Source of the DNA: Fistulifera solaris | Taxonomy: Eukaryota | NCBI GenBank assembly: GCA_030295235.1 | Contig: AP026125.1 | Coordinates: 868,001 to 932,000 of the forward strand | DNA: 64,000 nucleotides | Reading direction: 5' to 3' | Shown: piece after piece, positions 25,579 through 38,068 of the stretch | Position numbering within the stretch: the stretch's first letter is position 1 | How the letters are laid out: each line of letters opens with the position of its first letter | Notes under the pieces: generated by a model | What the model was told of the DNA's origin: nothing | Seen by the model: the letters and a program-made list of their open reading frames with translations, nothing else | Database searches by the model: none | Position numbers and translations under genes: made by a program

Positions 25579-27377
25579 CCGGGTTCCCCTCTGTCGATAA
25601 AATTCCTTACGGGGGCCTACGTGGACTTCACGTAGACATTCGAAGCGTTGTATCTTCGCTCTTTTTCGACGTTTGCATTTCAAACCGATTGTAATCGACA
25701 ACTCACAGTGTGGATAGACGATGTTAGTTGAGGGTATTATGACATTGCAGTCAAACATACCCGAAAAATGGATGATGTCGAATTGGAAACTATCCGGGTT
25801 ACCCCTCTGTCGATAAATTTCCTTACGGGGGCCTACGTGGACTTCACGTAGACATTCGAAGCGTTGTATCTTCGCTCTTTTTCGACGTTTGCATTTCAAA
25901 CCGATTGTAATCGACAATTCACAGTGTGGATAGACGATGTTAGTTGAGGGTGTTATGACATTATGACATTGCAGTCAAACATACCCGAAAAATTGATGAT
26001 GTCGAATTGGAAATAATCCGGGTTACCCCTCTGTCGATAAATTTCCTTACGGGGGCCTACGTGGACTTCACGTAGACATTCGAAGCGTTGCATCTTCGCT
26101 CTTTTTCGACGTTTGCATTTCCAACCGATTGTAATCGACAATTCACAGTGTGGATAGACGATGTTAGTTGAGGGTATTATGACATTGCAGTCAAACATAA
26201 CCAAAAAATGGATGATGTCGAAATGGACACTATCCGGGTTACCCCTCTGTCGATAAATTTCCTTACGGGGGCCTACGTGAATTTCACGTAGACATTCGAA
26301 GCGTTGCATCTTCGCTCTTTTTCGACGTTTACAATTTCAAACCGATTGTAATCAACAACTCACAGTAGACGATGTTAGTTGAGGGTATTATGACATTTCA
26401 GCCAAACATACCCAAAAAATGGATGATGTCGAAATGGAAACTGTCCGGGTTACCCCTCTGTCGATAAATTTCCTTACGGGGGGCCTACGTGAATTTCACG
26501 TAGACATCCGAAGCGTTGTATCTTCGCTCTTTTTCGACGTTTGCATTTCAAACCGATTGTAATCAACAACTCACAGTAGACGATGTTAGTTGAGGGTATT
26601 ATGACATTTCAGCCAAACATACCCAAAAAATGGATGATGTCGAATTGGACACTATCCGGGTTACCCCTCTGTCGATAAATTTCCTTACGGGGGGCCTACG
26701 TGAATTTCACGTAGACATTCGAAGCGTTGCATCTTCGCTCTTTTTCGACGTTTGCATTTCCAACCGATTGTAATCGACAATTCACAGTGTGGATAGACGA
26801 TGTTAGTTGAGGGTATTATGACATTGCAGTCAAACATACCCAAAAAATGGATGATGTCGAATTGGAAACTATCCGGGTTACCCCTCTGTCGATAAATTTC
26901 CTTACGGGGGGCCTACGTGAATTTCACGTAGACATTCGAAGCGTTGCATCTTCGCTCTTTTTCGACGTTTACAATTTCAAACCGATTGTAATCAACAACT
27001 CACAGTATGGATAGACGATGTTAGTTGAGGGTATTATGACATTGCAGTCAAACATACCCAAAAAATGGATGATGTCGAAATGGAAACTGTCCGGGTTACC
27101 CCTCTGTCGATAAATTTCCTTACGGGGGCCTACGTGAATTTCACGTAGACATTCGAAGCGTTGTATCTTCGCTCTTTTTCGACGTTTGCATTTCAAACCG
27201 ATTGTAATCAACAACTCACAGTAGACGATGTTAGTTGAGGGTATTATGACATTTCAGCCAAACATACCCAAAAAATTGATGATGTCGAATTGGAAATAAT
27301 CCGGGTTACCCCTCTGTCGATAAATTTCCTTACGGGGGCCTACGTGAATTTCACGTAGACATTCGAAGCGTTGCATC
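25579..27377. repeat. Satellite B: tandem array of ~216-bp units (~8.4 copies), each with a palindrome
   Basis: 'ccgggtt(a)cccctctgtcgataaa' recurs at 25579, 25794, 26018, 26234, 26445, 26656, 26873, 27091 and 27301 (spacing 210-224). The palindrome CTACGTGAA-T-TTCACGTAG is present in most units. Confidence 0.97.
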
Positions 27378-27528
27378 ATCTATCATCTTCCACAAAACTC
27401 GCGGCCGCCGTTCTGACAATAATAATACGGAGTACTGAGTATTATTTTTTCTTTAAGCATGCATCATAACTGGTCCGAATGATGATCCTATGATCAGCCG
27501 GAGCTAAGCTAGTGAGCACAAAACATCA

Positions 27529-30500
27529 ATGAGAAAGAATATTGCAGTGCTGTCTGGTCTTTTAGCGTTATGTCGGCCAGTCATCATGTTCAATTTGCTG
27601 ATGAAATTTGGAAGGCATTCGGTGCAACCATGGACGTCGTCTCGCATGAGAATTCACAGAAATCTACCTTCACAGAAAGTTTTTACTCCGCGGATGTTTG
27701 CATCACAGCCATTTCGTGTAGGGGATTTGGTTGTGACAAAGATTGAAGGTTCCGACAACGTTTCTGGGGTGGTAAAAGAAGTCAGAGGCTCTGGGTGGTA
27801 TGAAGTGGAACTCGACAATGACAAGCGAGTCCTCAAATGTCGTGGATCCTCATTATTACGGAGGACAGATCCACCAGCATTGACACTCGAAAACGCATCT
27901 CGGATCGAGCTGCAGGAAGTTTACGTTGCTGATACGCCGCTATGGGACGTTCCGCCCCCAACCACAATATTTGATTTAGATGCAGCAGTGCAACAGCTTC
28001 AATCCGATCCTCCATTGCATCAGCGAGATCTTGAATACCTCAAGCATGTGTCGCATCATATGTCGTACAAGAAATGGGTGGTATTTACCGATTTACATTG
28101 CTATTCAGAGACACTAAACACGACGCTCAAAGTGTTGGACCATGTACACGAATTGGCGATCGAGAGGAACGCCGGGGTTTTATTTCTCGGAGACTGGTGG
28201 CACCATCGTGGTACGCTTCGCGTTGATTGCCTCAATGCAGTTCTTAGTAGCTTAAAAAACTGGACCGTGCCGATGGTGATGATACCAGGAAATCACGATC
28301 AAGTTACTCTGGGTGGCCACATACATGGACTGACGGCACTCGAAAATTCATATCAAGTACGAGATAAGACGGGAAGTGGCAAAACATACCCAGGTCCTCT
28401 CGTCTTTTCCTACCCAACCAAATTTCTGGACGCACTGTTCATACCTCATGTTCGCGATAATGCCATCATGGAGTCGCTCCTCCAGTCATCACTTTCCAAG
28501 AGTGCCGATGCTCTCTTTGTCCATGCCGATACATCTGGCGCCTATATGAATGACTTGATTGTGTCACGTGACGGTATTTCGATATCTCTATTTCCACCGG
28601 ACAAACCAATATATTCCGGTCATTTTCATAAACCACATGTCGTTAAGTCGAAGCGAAATCGATTAGAGTACCTCGGATCGCCGTACCAAGTTTCCCTCTC
28701 GGAGGCTCACCAGCAAAAAGCTCTTATAGTCGTTGATGCCGCAGACAAATGGAACTGTATCGAACGAATTCCAATCGACATCGGAAGAAAGCATTTCCGT
28801 GTAAATAGTATCGATGATTTTCTTCGGCTCCGTCCATCCAACGAGACTAGTGCCGATGGTGCGGTAATACATCCAGGTGATCGTGTTGTCTTGACGCTAA
28901 ACAGGCAAACGTATGCTAAAGCAAAGTTGACCAAGAATGGGGAGGAAAACAAGCAACTTGAGCTTCAAGCGCAAGCTCTCCGATCACACGGTGTTGTCGT
29001 TGAGATTCGAGAAGTAAAAGAGAGTACATCTGGCACAATCACGCCGTTGGCCACTCCGGAAGAGGACTTGGACCCCGCTTCTCTCTGGAATAAATATTTG
29101 GATCAATCACTGAAAGAGGGATCCGTATCTCAGGACCTCTCGGAAGAGCTCAAAGAGCAGGGATTAAAATTGTTGGAATCATTAGCTGATGATGTTACGT
29201 CAATTGGATTTCGTAGCCAGACGAAGCTCTTGTTTGAGTCCGTCTCTGTGGAAGGATTTGGTCCGTTTCAGCAAAAAGTAGAGTACCCGTTAAAAGATCG
29301 TGGCCTCATCTTGTTGCGGGGAGTAAACGAAGATGCTGGATCCGATAGGTAAGTTCTTTGTTTCAAAGCATTCCTGCTCAATTACGATTGCGAGTATCTC
29401 ATTTCATCATGAAGCAGCAATGGAAGCGGGAAGACTTCTTTAGCCGTGTCGATTCTATGGGCTCTCACTGGCACAACGGATCCGCGCCCCTCACAAGACT
29501 ACAAAGTATCCGATGTCGTTAACGACTCATCCAAAGTAAGTGCAACCGATGGATTGAAAAGCCTCCTATCTTGCTGTTCCTGACATATTTCAGTCATCAA
29601 GGGTGATCGTCAATGGAGAACTCAATGGAGTTAAGTTTGCAATCAGCAGGATGAAAACCCTCTCGAGAGGAGGGCTGACATTCATGTTCGGTGGAGATGA
29701 CTTGACTGCCCAATCGGTCCAGGAAACTCAGAAAGTAATTAACGAAAAGCTTGGTATTAGCGCAGAGCTTTTATCGAGGACACTGTTTCATGGACAGCAT
29801 TCACTTAATGGGCTTCTTGAGTCAACAGATACAAAGCTAAAGGATGAGCTTTCTTTGATTGTACCTCTCGACATATGGCAGAAAGCAGCATCCTTGGCAA
29901 GGAAGCAGTCCAGCGCGGCGAGCAAAGTTGAAGCCCAGCTAGACGGCATGATTTCTGTGCGTTCAGCTGATTTGGATAACGCGCGCGGAAAGCTCAATTT
30001 CACTTCAGAACAGATGGAGAACGCGCGATTGAGGAAAGACGCTTCCCTTGCGACGTTGAAGGAATTCGCAGTTGCATTATCTAGTGAAAGTGAAAAGGTG
30101 ACGCAAACCAAATCGTTGGATTCACTGAATAGCGAGCTATTTTCGTGCGAGGCTTTTATCCTCGAATTGGAGAAGGAGCTATCAAGCGCCAAGGTGCTGC
30201 TCGACCAAGACCTGGCTACTTGCGAGGGAGAGATTAAGACGCTAGAAAGCTCGCTTGCAGATTTAGAAGCTTTGGAAAGGAATGTGTATCATGAGCAACA
30301 GGTTATATTGGGTCATCTGGAAGTTGCAAAGAAAGATTAGCCCGCTTGGAAACCATGTGGAAAGTAGATCTCTCACATGGGGTTCCAAAGAATTTTCGCC
30401 TACCTAAGGAGTGCCCTACATGTTCTCAAGCGATCAATGATGTAAACCACTCACATCAGGACGAAAACCTTCAATTGTCCGTTGTCGAAAGCATGACATT

Positions 30501-31468
30501 GGCGTTTATGGAGCACGAAAAAACGATCAGGCAAGCTGAGGAAAGGACGGAGGAGGTCCAAACGACTCGAGACAGGACGAATTCCATGAGAAAGGAGGTA
30601 GGACAAATGATACAAGATAGGGACAAGCGCGCACGAAAATGGACTATTGAAATCGGAGAAATCGAAAGTAACTTGCACCGTGAACGAAATAGGCAGCGAG
30701 AGCTGTCTAAGCAGCTATCGGAACTCGCCTCGTCAATTGATCGCGATCTACAAAAGGCGTCTTTGGAAGCGGCGTTACAGGAAGCGAGTGAGAAAGTTCG
30801 CTACCTCGAAATGACGGTCGATTCGGTTCGAGAACAAGTAACAAAACTCGAAGAAACACTATTCGAACTTAATATACAGAGAGATCAGCACTCGCGATCA
30901 AGTGTGGTCATGTCAGAGCTATCGCAACTCTTTTCACCCAAAGGCATTCAATCCTTTATTCTGAAAAACACTATTGCAGACTTGGAGACGGCAACTCAAT
31001 CCTTTTGACGGAAATCAGTGATGGTACACAGCAATTACATCTGTCATTAGAATCTGGGAGGGAATTTCACGCCGCGCCTTCGTCACAGGCAATGGTGGCA
31101 ACTACATGGAACGCCCACTTGGCTCTCTATCTGGAGGTCAATGGAGACGATGTTCACTTGCTTTGAACTTCGGTTTCGCGGAACTTATTGCAAGAAGAGG
31201 AAAGTTTCGTTCGTCGCTGTGCATTCTAGACGAACCGCTGACGCATTTAGACCGTTCCGGTCGTTCCGACGTCGGGCGCCTCTTGCGTAAATTCGTACGG
31301 CAGTCTCAATCAGGACTGGAAGGTACCGCTCTCGGTTTGTCATTCGAAACGGTCTTAATTATACTCCAAGATCTAGCGGCGGAAGAACTCGAAGAATCAT
31401 TTGACAGTGTGGATCAAGTCATCAAACGAGGAAGTGTGAGCTCTGTTGTAATTGACGGTGGTTTGTAG
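27529..31468 (+). CDS. Single-chain Mre11/SbcD nuclease - Rad50/SbcC ATPase fusion; introns 29349-29417 and 29536-29593; apparent frameshifts near 30340, 31005, 31060
   Basis: Phosphoesterase motifs FTDLH, LGDWWH, PGNHD, VHAD and SGHFH. In the same ORF, VEGFGPF..GLILLRG follows. Then spliced Walker A SNGSGKTS, Q-loop FHGQH, coiled coil with zinc hook CPTC, LSGGQ, and Walker B ILDEP. Confidence 0.9.
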
Positions 31469-32851
31469 TTGATACAAAAGCAAGCCTGACAAACTCGAAC
31501 ACTATTCGCTTTCTTTTGCAGCTTTCGTAGCTTTCTTTTCGGCGTTTCGTTTTTTCGAAAACGACTCCATTTCCCTCGCGTATATCTGAGGGCAGCACCG
31601 GGCGGAAGCTCGGCAACTCAGCAACAAACAGCAAAGAATGCGCCCATCCACTATGCGTCGAAAACCTTTCTCGGAACAAATCGCCCACGGCTCGGTATAC
31701 TGTTGGTGTCAAGCTTTTTACATTTGACGTATTAAAGGCATAATCTCGGCGTGCCATGTCCCACACATGGACATCCACGGGGATCGCTTCTGTTTGCCGC
31801 AAGGAAAACAAAGCGATACAATCAGCCACTTTGCGACCCACCCCAGGAAACTGAATAAGGGCTTCTTGTACATCCAAAGGTGACTTTACACCTCGTAAGC
31901 TATTTAGATACGGCTCTCCGCTGGCTGCTTTTATTTTCTCCATTGTACCTAGCAAATATTTAGCGCGGTAGCCCATTCCACAGACATTGCGTAATTCGTC
32001 TTCACTAGCCTTCGCAACCAGTTGTTCGAAACTCGGAAATGAATAAAAGGTTTCTTCATTACCGTCGCTCGTTCGAAGGGTCAATAGCGGTCTTCCGTAA
32101 GTACGTCGAATCTTCGCCAGCATTCCAAAAATTCTGGGTATGTTGTTGTTGGATGAGCACAAAAACTGACCAAACATTCCCACGGATCTTGGCAAATAAC
32201 ACGCACTCCAGGAATACATGCGGCGATACGCTTCAAGCGACTGCACTCGTGCGACCACTGATCGTATAACACCGATAACGATTGATCTAACTGGAAATAT
32301 TGATACAAGACGTCATCTGTTTTCACAATATCATAATCTGGGGGTGCGAAAAGTACTTTGTAGAGAGTTGTGTCGATCGTCTCGCGCAATAGAAGGACCA
32401 AGTAGTCCGAGGTATCGGGTATGCGGACGGTTCCAATCCATTGTGTTGCGTTGTGAGTCCCCCAAGCCGAAGAACCTACAGGTTCGTCTACGGCTTTCCA
32501 GTGAAAACATTGCCCGGTCGTCAAAGTCGCCGAAGGGCGCAACTCACGAGCAGGTACTTTCAAGTCTCGAAATCCCTCATCGCTGAGTGCGTCCTCTTTA
32601 TCTACGATACGCGGCTCCTGAAAAGGTACAGACTTCTTTGCAATGTCGTTTCGGGGCGGAGATGAAGATACAATTTGATCGGGAGTTACAGTTCTTAGCG
32701 AACGTTTCTTGCCTTTTGTCGGTGTGCGGGGTCCAGCAGCAGCACTAATAACTTTGGCGATACCTCGAGCGGCTCTTGTCATTTTCAGGAAAGCATGTAC
32801 AGAATTGAAGAGCAGGAAGTAGAAAGAGATAGAAAATAGTCGATACTGCAT
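31422..32851 (-). CDS. OGG1: 8-oxoguanine DNA glycosylase/AP lyase; frameshifts near 32165 and probably 31570 (true stop may be ~31500)
   Basis: TLTTGQCFHW, PGVRVICQDPWECLVSF, SSNNNIPRI, GMGYRAKY, FPGVGRKVADCIALFSL, IPVDVHVW, GWAHSLLF. Confidence 0.93.
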
Positions 32852-33330
32852 CCCAGTCAACGCTTATCGAAAAGATACACGCCGTTTGCGGTGTGTAACA
32901 AGACCTCCAGGAAAAGTCGTCTCGCGACTGCCGCAAGGAAAAGGCGCGAGATCTGCCGTCAGACGATAACGGACGGAGTACGTACCGTCACAATGACTTT
33001 ATTTTTAGCTAAAGAATGAATAGTAGAGGAAATACCTATGTAAATATCTCTTCATTATGTACAAATCGCAATACCACGGAATACATATAATAATGAGTAC
33101 CGTAAACAACCTTTACAAGACATAGTGAATACAAGCCATGTCCTTCGATTTATTTCGGTACGGCCGTGTGCTTCGTGGCAGAGGCGCGGGAACCGCGTCC
33201 TTCGAATTATTTGTTGTGGTCGATCCGAGTGCATCATTGCATTCAAGATCTTTTGAATTCTGCATTGTATTCAAAAGTCTACTTTTTATTTTAAGTTCGA
33301 CTCGAAGGGGCATCGCTAGAGTGCTGCACC

Positions 33331-36119
33331 ATGCCCTCCACTCGAAATAGAACGCTTCGTTCTGCCCGCAACGGAAATCAATCGACCCTTGAAGCGCCAC
33401 CGGAACCACTGCAAAGTCGAAACCTGCGTTCGGCAAAAAATGATGAGCTCAAAGCGAAAAGAAGCAACAATATTAATACTGAAAGTGTAAAAGAACCTGT
33501 TGAACAAAAGATAGAGTCAGTTACAGCAATTACTGCAGGAGAAGAAAATGGAAAACGCACCAGTTCAGGCAACAGCAATAATAAAAAGAGTTCATCGAGA
33601 ATTGCTTCGAAAGCAGCTTCGTGGGAGGATCAAGTTTATGATTTTCTGTCGAATAACCAAACAGTAATGCTCGATGAAGACGAAGTTGTTTCTCGAATGA
33701 ATCGCATGGTACGAGCGGCGACGCAACAATTCGATTCGGCCAAAAGTATCATGAATACGGTGGTCAATGACGGAGTACTTTTCGACAGCTGCTGCGAAGA
33801 AGCACAAAACCAGGCTGTAATCGATGACCTTTTAAAGGATATATTCGGTGCGCTGACTACGTTAGATCGTCATGCCATCTCTTGGATTAAAAGAACCGTC
33901 GGAGCATCGGGACGACGACAAAAAAGCAAACACGGTCTTCTTCTGGCAAACACCAAGCGTCGTCTTACTCGTGGGATGACAAAAACATCGGTAGCTGCGA
34001 AGAACGAAGATATTCTTTACAATGCAGTTCGAGAGATCGAACGCGAAAAGAACATCACGAGTCGTCGTGAGTGGAGACTTTCTTCATCTTCGTACAATGC
34101 TGATGACGAAGGCAACCGCTCGAAGGCAAATCGTCTCAAACGACGCACAAATGGAGAACATTCGGTACGATATTACTTTCTATTTTAAAATGAAAACGTT
34201 TTGTGCGTTTCTGACTCCTTGTTTTCACAGACTGCATCATCCAACAAACGAATCCGACACGAGGAACAACTCACGCGTACTTCTCGTCCTGTCGGAGAGC
34301 CCGTCCTTGACCTTACTGCGCTTGAGTTGAGTAAACAAAAGATATTAGGTAAAAGAGACACAGCAACACGCAATAGCAGCTTTGAAGCTTATGTCACACG
34401 ATCCAAGCAGTGGGTGCCATCACAATACATACAGATGGGACTTATGCACAGTCTTCCTAGTTGGAACGAGATGCAAGAATACATTCACAAGATCAATAAT
34501 ATTGGCGTTGAAGTACTCTTAAAGGAGCAAATGAAAGGACCGCTCACGAGATTCTTGGTATGCGAGTATTTTTACAGCGATTTGGATAAGGCCTGGTAAG
34601 TTTGTGCCCGCCCGTTTTGTGTAGCATGTTGCGTGCATCACAAGTTGGGTCTGCTTCTAATTTGTCAACTATTAGGTTTCAAAGTGAAGAAGTCACGGTG
34701 ACGCAAAGGGACCCAGAAGGTTTGCCCAAAACTACCTACTGGGAAGCGTCCAAAATGTGGAAGCAAAAACGACGGGGTAAAGGTAGACGCTTTTCACGAC
34801 ATTTCATTCACGGGGAAATTATTGAAAGAAATAAGTATCGCCAAGCCGTCCGATTCTTCCAGCAGCATGGTGAACTGCTCGACAGCGTTCCTTTTCCTTA
34901 CGTTGTAGCGAAACCCATACCTATTGGTACTTCGATTGCTGCGTGGAACAATGTAAGGCAGATCATATGCCGAGGGAAGGTTGTCAATCATAACGTAGAG
35001 CGCTCTACCTACAGCGTAGATTTTGGCGAGGACGATGCTCACCAGGAAGTCCCTGACAGTCACATAGCCACTCTTGGAGGACCCGAGCAATCCAGAAGTG
35101 CTGCTCTTTATAAAAACTCGAGTCTTTCGCTGCTTGGTAAGTTTTGGAAGTCTTCGATCACTTGTCGACATACAATCATACTAACTGGAATATTGTTTAG
35201 ACGATACAAAAACTAAGGCACAGCTCTTGAATGAACTAAGAAGCCTCGTGCGGTTTGATCCTTCACGGCGTTCGATGTTACCAAAAAAGCCCACTTTGGA
35301 TCGATCCGCGGACAAAGAAAATGTCTCACATGTAAGAGATCAAGTTGCTGAAAGAGAAGCATTGATCTGTATGGCTGATTCAGTCGATAAACTGCTACGC
35401 AAGAAAACTCTACTCCTAGAAAGCCTTGAGGAATATAACGACGATGTTCAAGATTCGAGAGACGAGCGCTATCTATGGCTCAGGGATAATTGCAAAAAGT
35501 CGACGCCTGCCTCAACACGTTGCTGCGTTACGTGGATATGTTTTACGGAAGCGCATTTTTGCCTAATCAGTACGTTCATCTTGCTTCCTCTCCTTTGCGA
35601 ATTGCTATATTATGATGATCTCACTCTTAACCTTCTCGTCACAGACGGGCAGGCCAATCACCACCCACTGCGCCGCGCGATGGATTTAAAGGGGCTCTTG
35701 ACCGCTTACCGCATTTGCTTGTAGTTGATGGCTGGAAAGACAAAGGAGATATATTCGCGGAGCTCTCAATGTTGTCAGCCGATCACTTACTTTCTGAACT
35801 TCATCCAACGCTCCGACCATCACAAATGCATAGCTATGACCACAAAGATGCAGATTGTGAGGATGCCCTGTCGAAAGTCGGTCGTATTTTGCTTTCTTCA
35901 TCGTTAGCATTATCCGGCATCACTTCAAAATTAGCTACTGTAGCCACTTCTGCGAGCGTGAATAATTTTACAAACGAGCAAGAGCAAGAAACTTATTCTT
36001 ATGGTGACGACGATGATGATTTCTTGGCTTCTGCTTATTTGGCGAGACGCGAAGCTCTTTCCGAGTTAACGGAAGCGGCCGCCTTGTTCCATGCGGAGGT
36101 AGCTCTGTCGGCTCTCTAA
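33331..36119 (+). CDS. LIN9/ALWAYS EARLY-like (DREAM complex) protein with DIRP and Tudor-like domains; several introns
   Basis: DIRP-like RFLVCEYFYSDLDKAW|F...W..RRGKGRRFSRHFIHGEIIERNKYRQAVR, followed by Tudor-like GTSIAAW..ICRGKV..YSVDF..EVPDSHI. Confidence 0.7.
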
Positions 36120-36205
36120 CTTTGGTAGTAGTTAATAAAAATTGTTGATTTTGTTGACATATTATTGCGCAGTTGAACATTACGTCGATACATGTTCACT
36201 TTTGC

Positions 36206-37399
36206 TTAATTATCAAGTCTTTGACGCACTTGTTCGTATACGATGAAGAAAATCGCGACAGATGGAGCAATGTAGGTTACTCTTGGCACGACACCCTTTG
36301 CGAAACCTGCTATTCCCTCGTCGCGCCAAATTTTCGACGCACAGGAAAGAACCGTACCTCCATATGCCGCACTATCAGTCATCAGAAGTGTTTTAAAACG
36401 ATCCAGCGGTGCTGTGATAGCTGCTGAAAAAGATCCGGCGATTGCACCACAGATTGCACTTTCGGCGGCATCTAATTGGATCTTTTCGTTCGTGGACTTT
36501 CCTTTCACACTTTTAGATGCACTCTTTGCTCGTCGACTTTTGATACGCAAATAAAAGCTTTTCGTCACCTCATAAGACGTCAATTGCGCGACGCGGAAAG
36601 GAACATCGCGAGCAATTCCCCCAAAGTAGCCCTGATACAATCCTTTGATACCTTTCTTTCTGAGAATGCCCATAAATGCCTCCGCGGTACTTTTGTACAT
36701 GCCTGCTTGGGTCTGTTGCTTTATAACCTCCGACGGACAAAGCCAACCGGAACCCGTCAAGTCCCCTAGTACAGCCGAGAACGCATACAGCAAAACAGGT
36801 TTTGTGTTCGGGAACTTGTTGAGGAGTGCTTTTTGTACATTTCGTACGATCCGAATGTAAGAACTCTATAATTATTCAATGTGCCATGTTTCATAAGAAA
36901 TCATCGAAAGCATATACTGTAAGCTGATGAACGATACAACGTACCCATATGGCACTTGACCGATGAGAGAGCCGGCAACACCCTTGTAGAGACCCTCGAG
37001 TCGGAAAGGATTCGCTTGTTCCATTTGAAGACGAGTCTGTCGTTGACGAGCGAGTCAGGACTAGCAAGTAGCAGCCTTGAACAACGATCCCTCTTTGCTT
37101 ACCTTAAGAGTATCTACTGGATACATGGAGAAAATGGATGAGCATCGGGCGGCCGCCGCGGCGAGCAAGTCGCGCCTTGAATCTCGAATAATACTCACGA
37201 AACTGAGCCAAGGATTCATCTTGGCCGTTTCGGCTTTTGCAGCACCACCGCGTGTTGGAATGGTAGCGGCCGAGTGACATGACGGTCGAACGCTAGCATG
37301 TCGAAACACCGATGGGGCAGTGATGTCTCGAGCCGATGTTGCACCCAAGAAGAGGACGAGAAAGAGAAGCGATTGTCGGTAAATACTACAACGAAACAT
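36206..37399 (-). CDS. Mitochondrial-carrier-family (SLC25, SAM-carrier-like) protein with an N-terminal signal peptide; two introns
   Basis: Three signature motifs (YPVDTLK, CPSEVIKQQTQ, APLDRFKT), GLYQGY, RDVPF. N-terminus LLFLVLFLGATSA-R followed by a TRGGA motif. Confidence 0.85.
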
Positions 37400-37547
37400 G
37401 TTTGGTGTAAACTCTTCCGTTCAACAAGATGTAGTCGACGATCCTTCGCTTTGAATGTACGGTTGTTTGTCCCTTCCTCTCGACAAGAGAGATTGATGGA
37501 AATACAAGTGTTTGCAGAACGAGCGGTGGTTGTTGAGCAGTGTGGCA

Positions 37548-37920
37548 TGTGGTAATTTCACGTTTCCAGAAAATGTGGGGATGTGATGTTTTTCATAACT
37601 CCGTGCGGACGTGGTATTTTCACGTTTCCAGAAAATGTGGGAGTGTGGTATTTCAGGTGTCCAGAAAATGTGGGAAGTGGTAATTTCACGTTTCCAGAAA
37701 ATGTGGAATTGTGATTTTCGAATATATCCAGAAAATGTGGGCGTTTGATTTTTTCACTTGTCCAGAAAATGTGGAAGTGTGGTTTTTCAATTGTCCAGAA
37801 AATGTGGGGGTGTGGTATTTCACTTATCCAGAAAATATGGAAGAGTTGTAATTTCACGTTTTCAGAAAATGTGGGAGTGTGGTATTTCACGTCCCCAGAA
37901 AATGTATGTGGGCGTGTGGT
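37548..37920. repeat. 33-bp minisatellite (~11 copies) in a divergent promoter region
   Basis: 'cagaaaatgtgg..gtgtggtatttcac' recurs at 37567, 37629, 37662, 37695, 37729, 37763, 37796, 37829, 37863 and 37896. Confidence 0.93.
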
Positions 37921-38068
37921 GTCCGTCATGCAGAAAAGATGGAACGCAAAAACGAACCGCGTTGCTTTTCACTTTAATTCTCAAAGACGTAGTCTATGTT
38001 GTCTTTTCTCGCACAAGACAAACTAATTCATTGAATTATAAAAACGAATACATTCATTGCGCAGAAGA

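Noticed and set aside
25447..27214. Minus-strand 72-aa repeat ORFs (…KCKRRKRAKIQRFECLREVHVGP…) as a repeat protein
   Set aside because: A by-product of the 216-bp unit. Units of 211, 217, 218 and 224 bp break the frame, and the peptide has no recognisable domain.
21483..27377. Arrays as CRISPR, 5S rRNA, snRNA or spliced-leader clusters
   Set aside because: Whole units repeat with no unique spacers, there are no cas genes, and no 5S, U-snRNA or tRNA box motifs were recognised.
24711..27445. 20-bp duplication aaataatactccgtaaattt and the inverted tacggagta at ~27426 as TIRs enclosing satellite B
   Set aside because: The match is short, AT-rich and interrupted, with no clear TSD; at most these are transposon footprints.
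37548..37929. 33-bp array as a CRISPR or as coding sequence (HFHIFW / TFSGNVK repeats)
   Set aside because: Contiguous degenerate tandem units without spacers; the ORFs in several frames are repeat artefacts.
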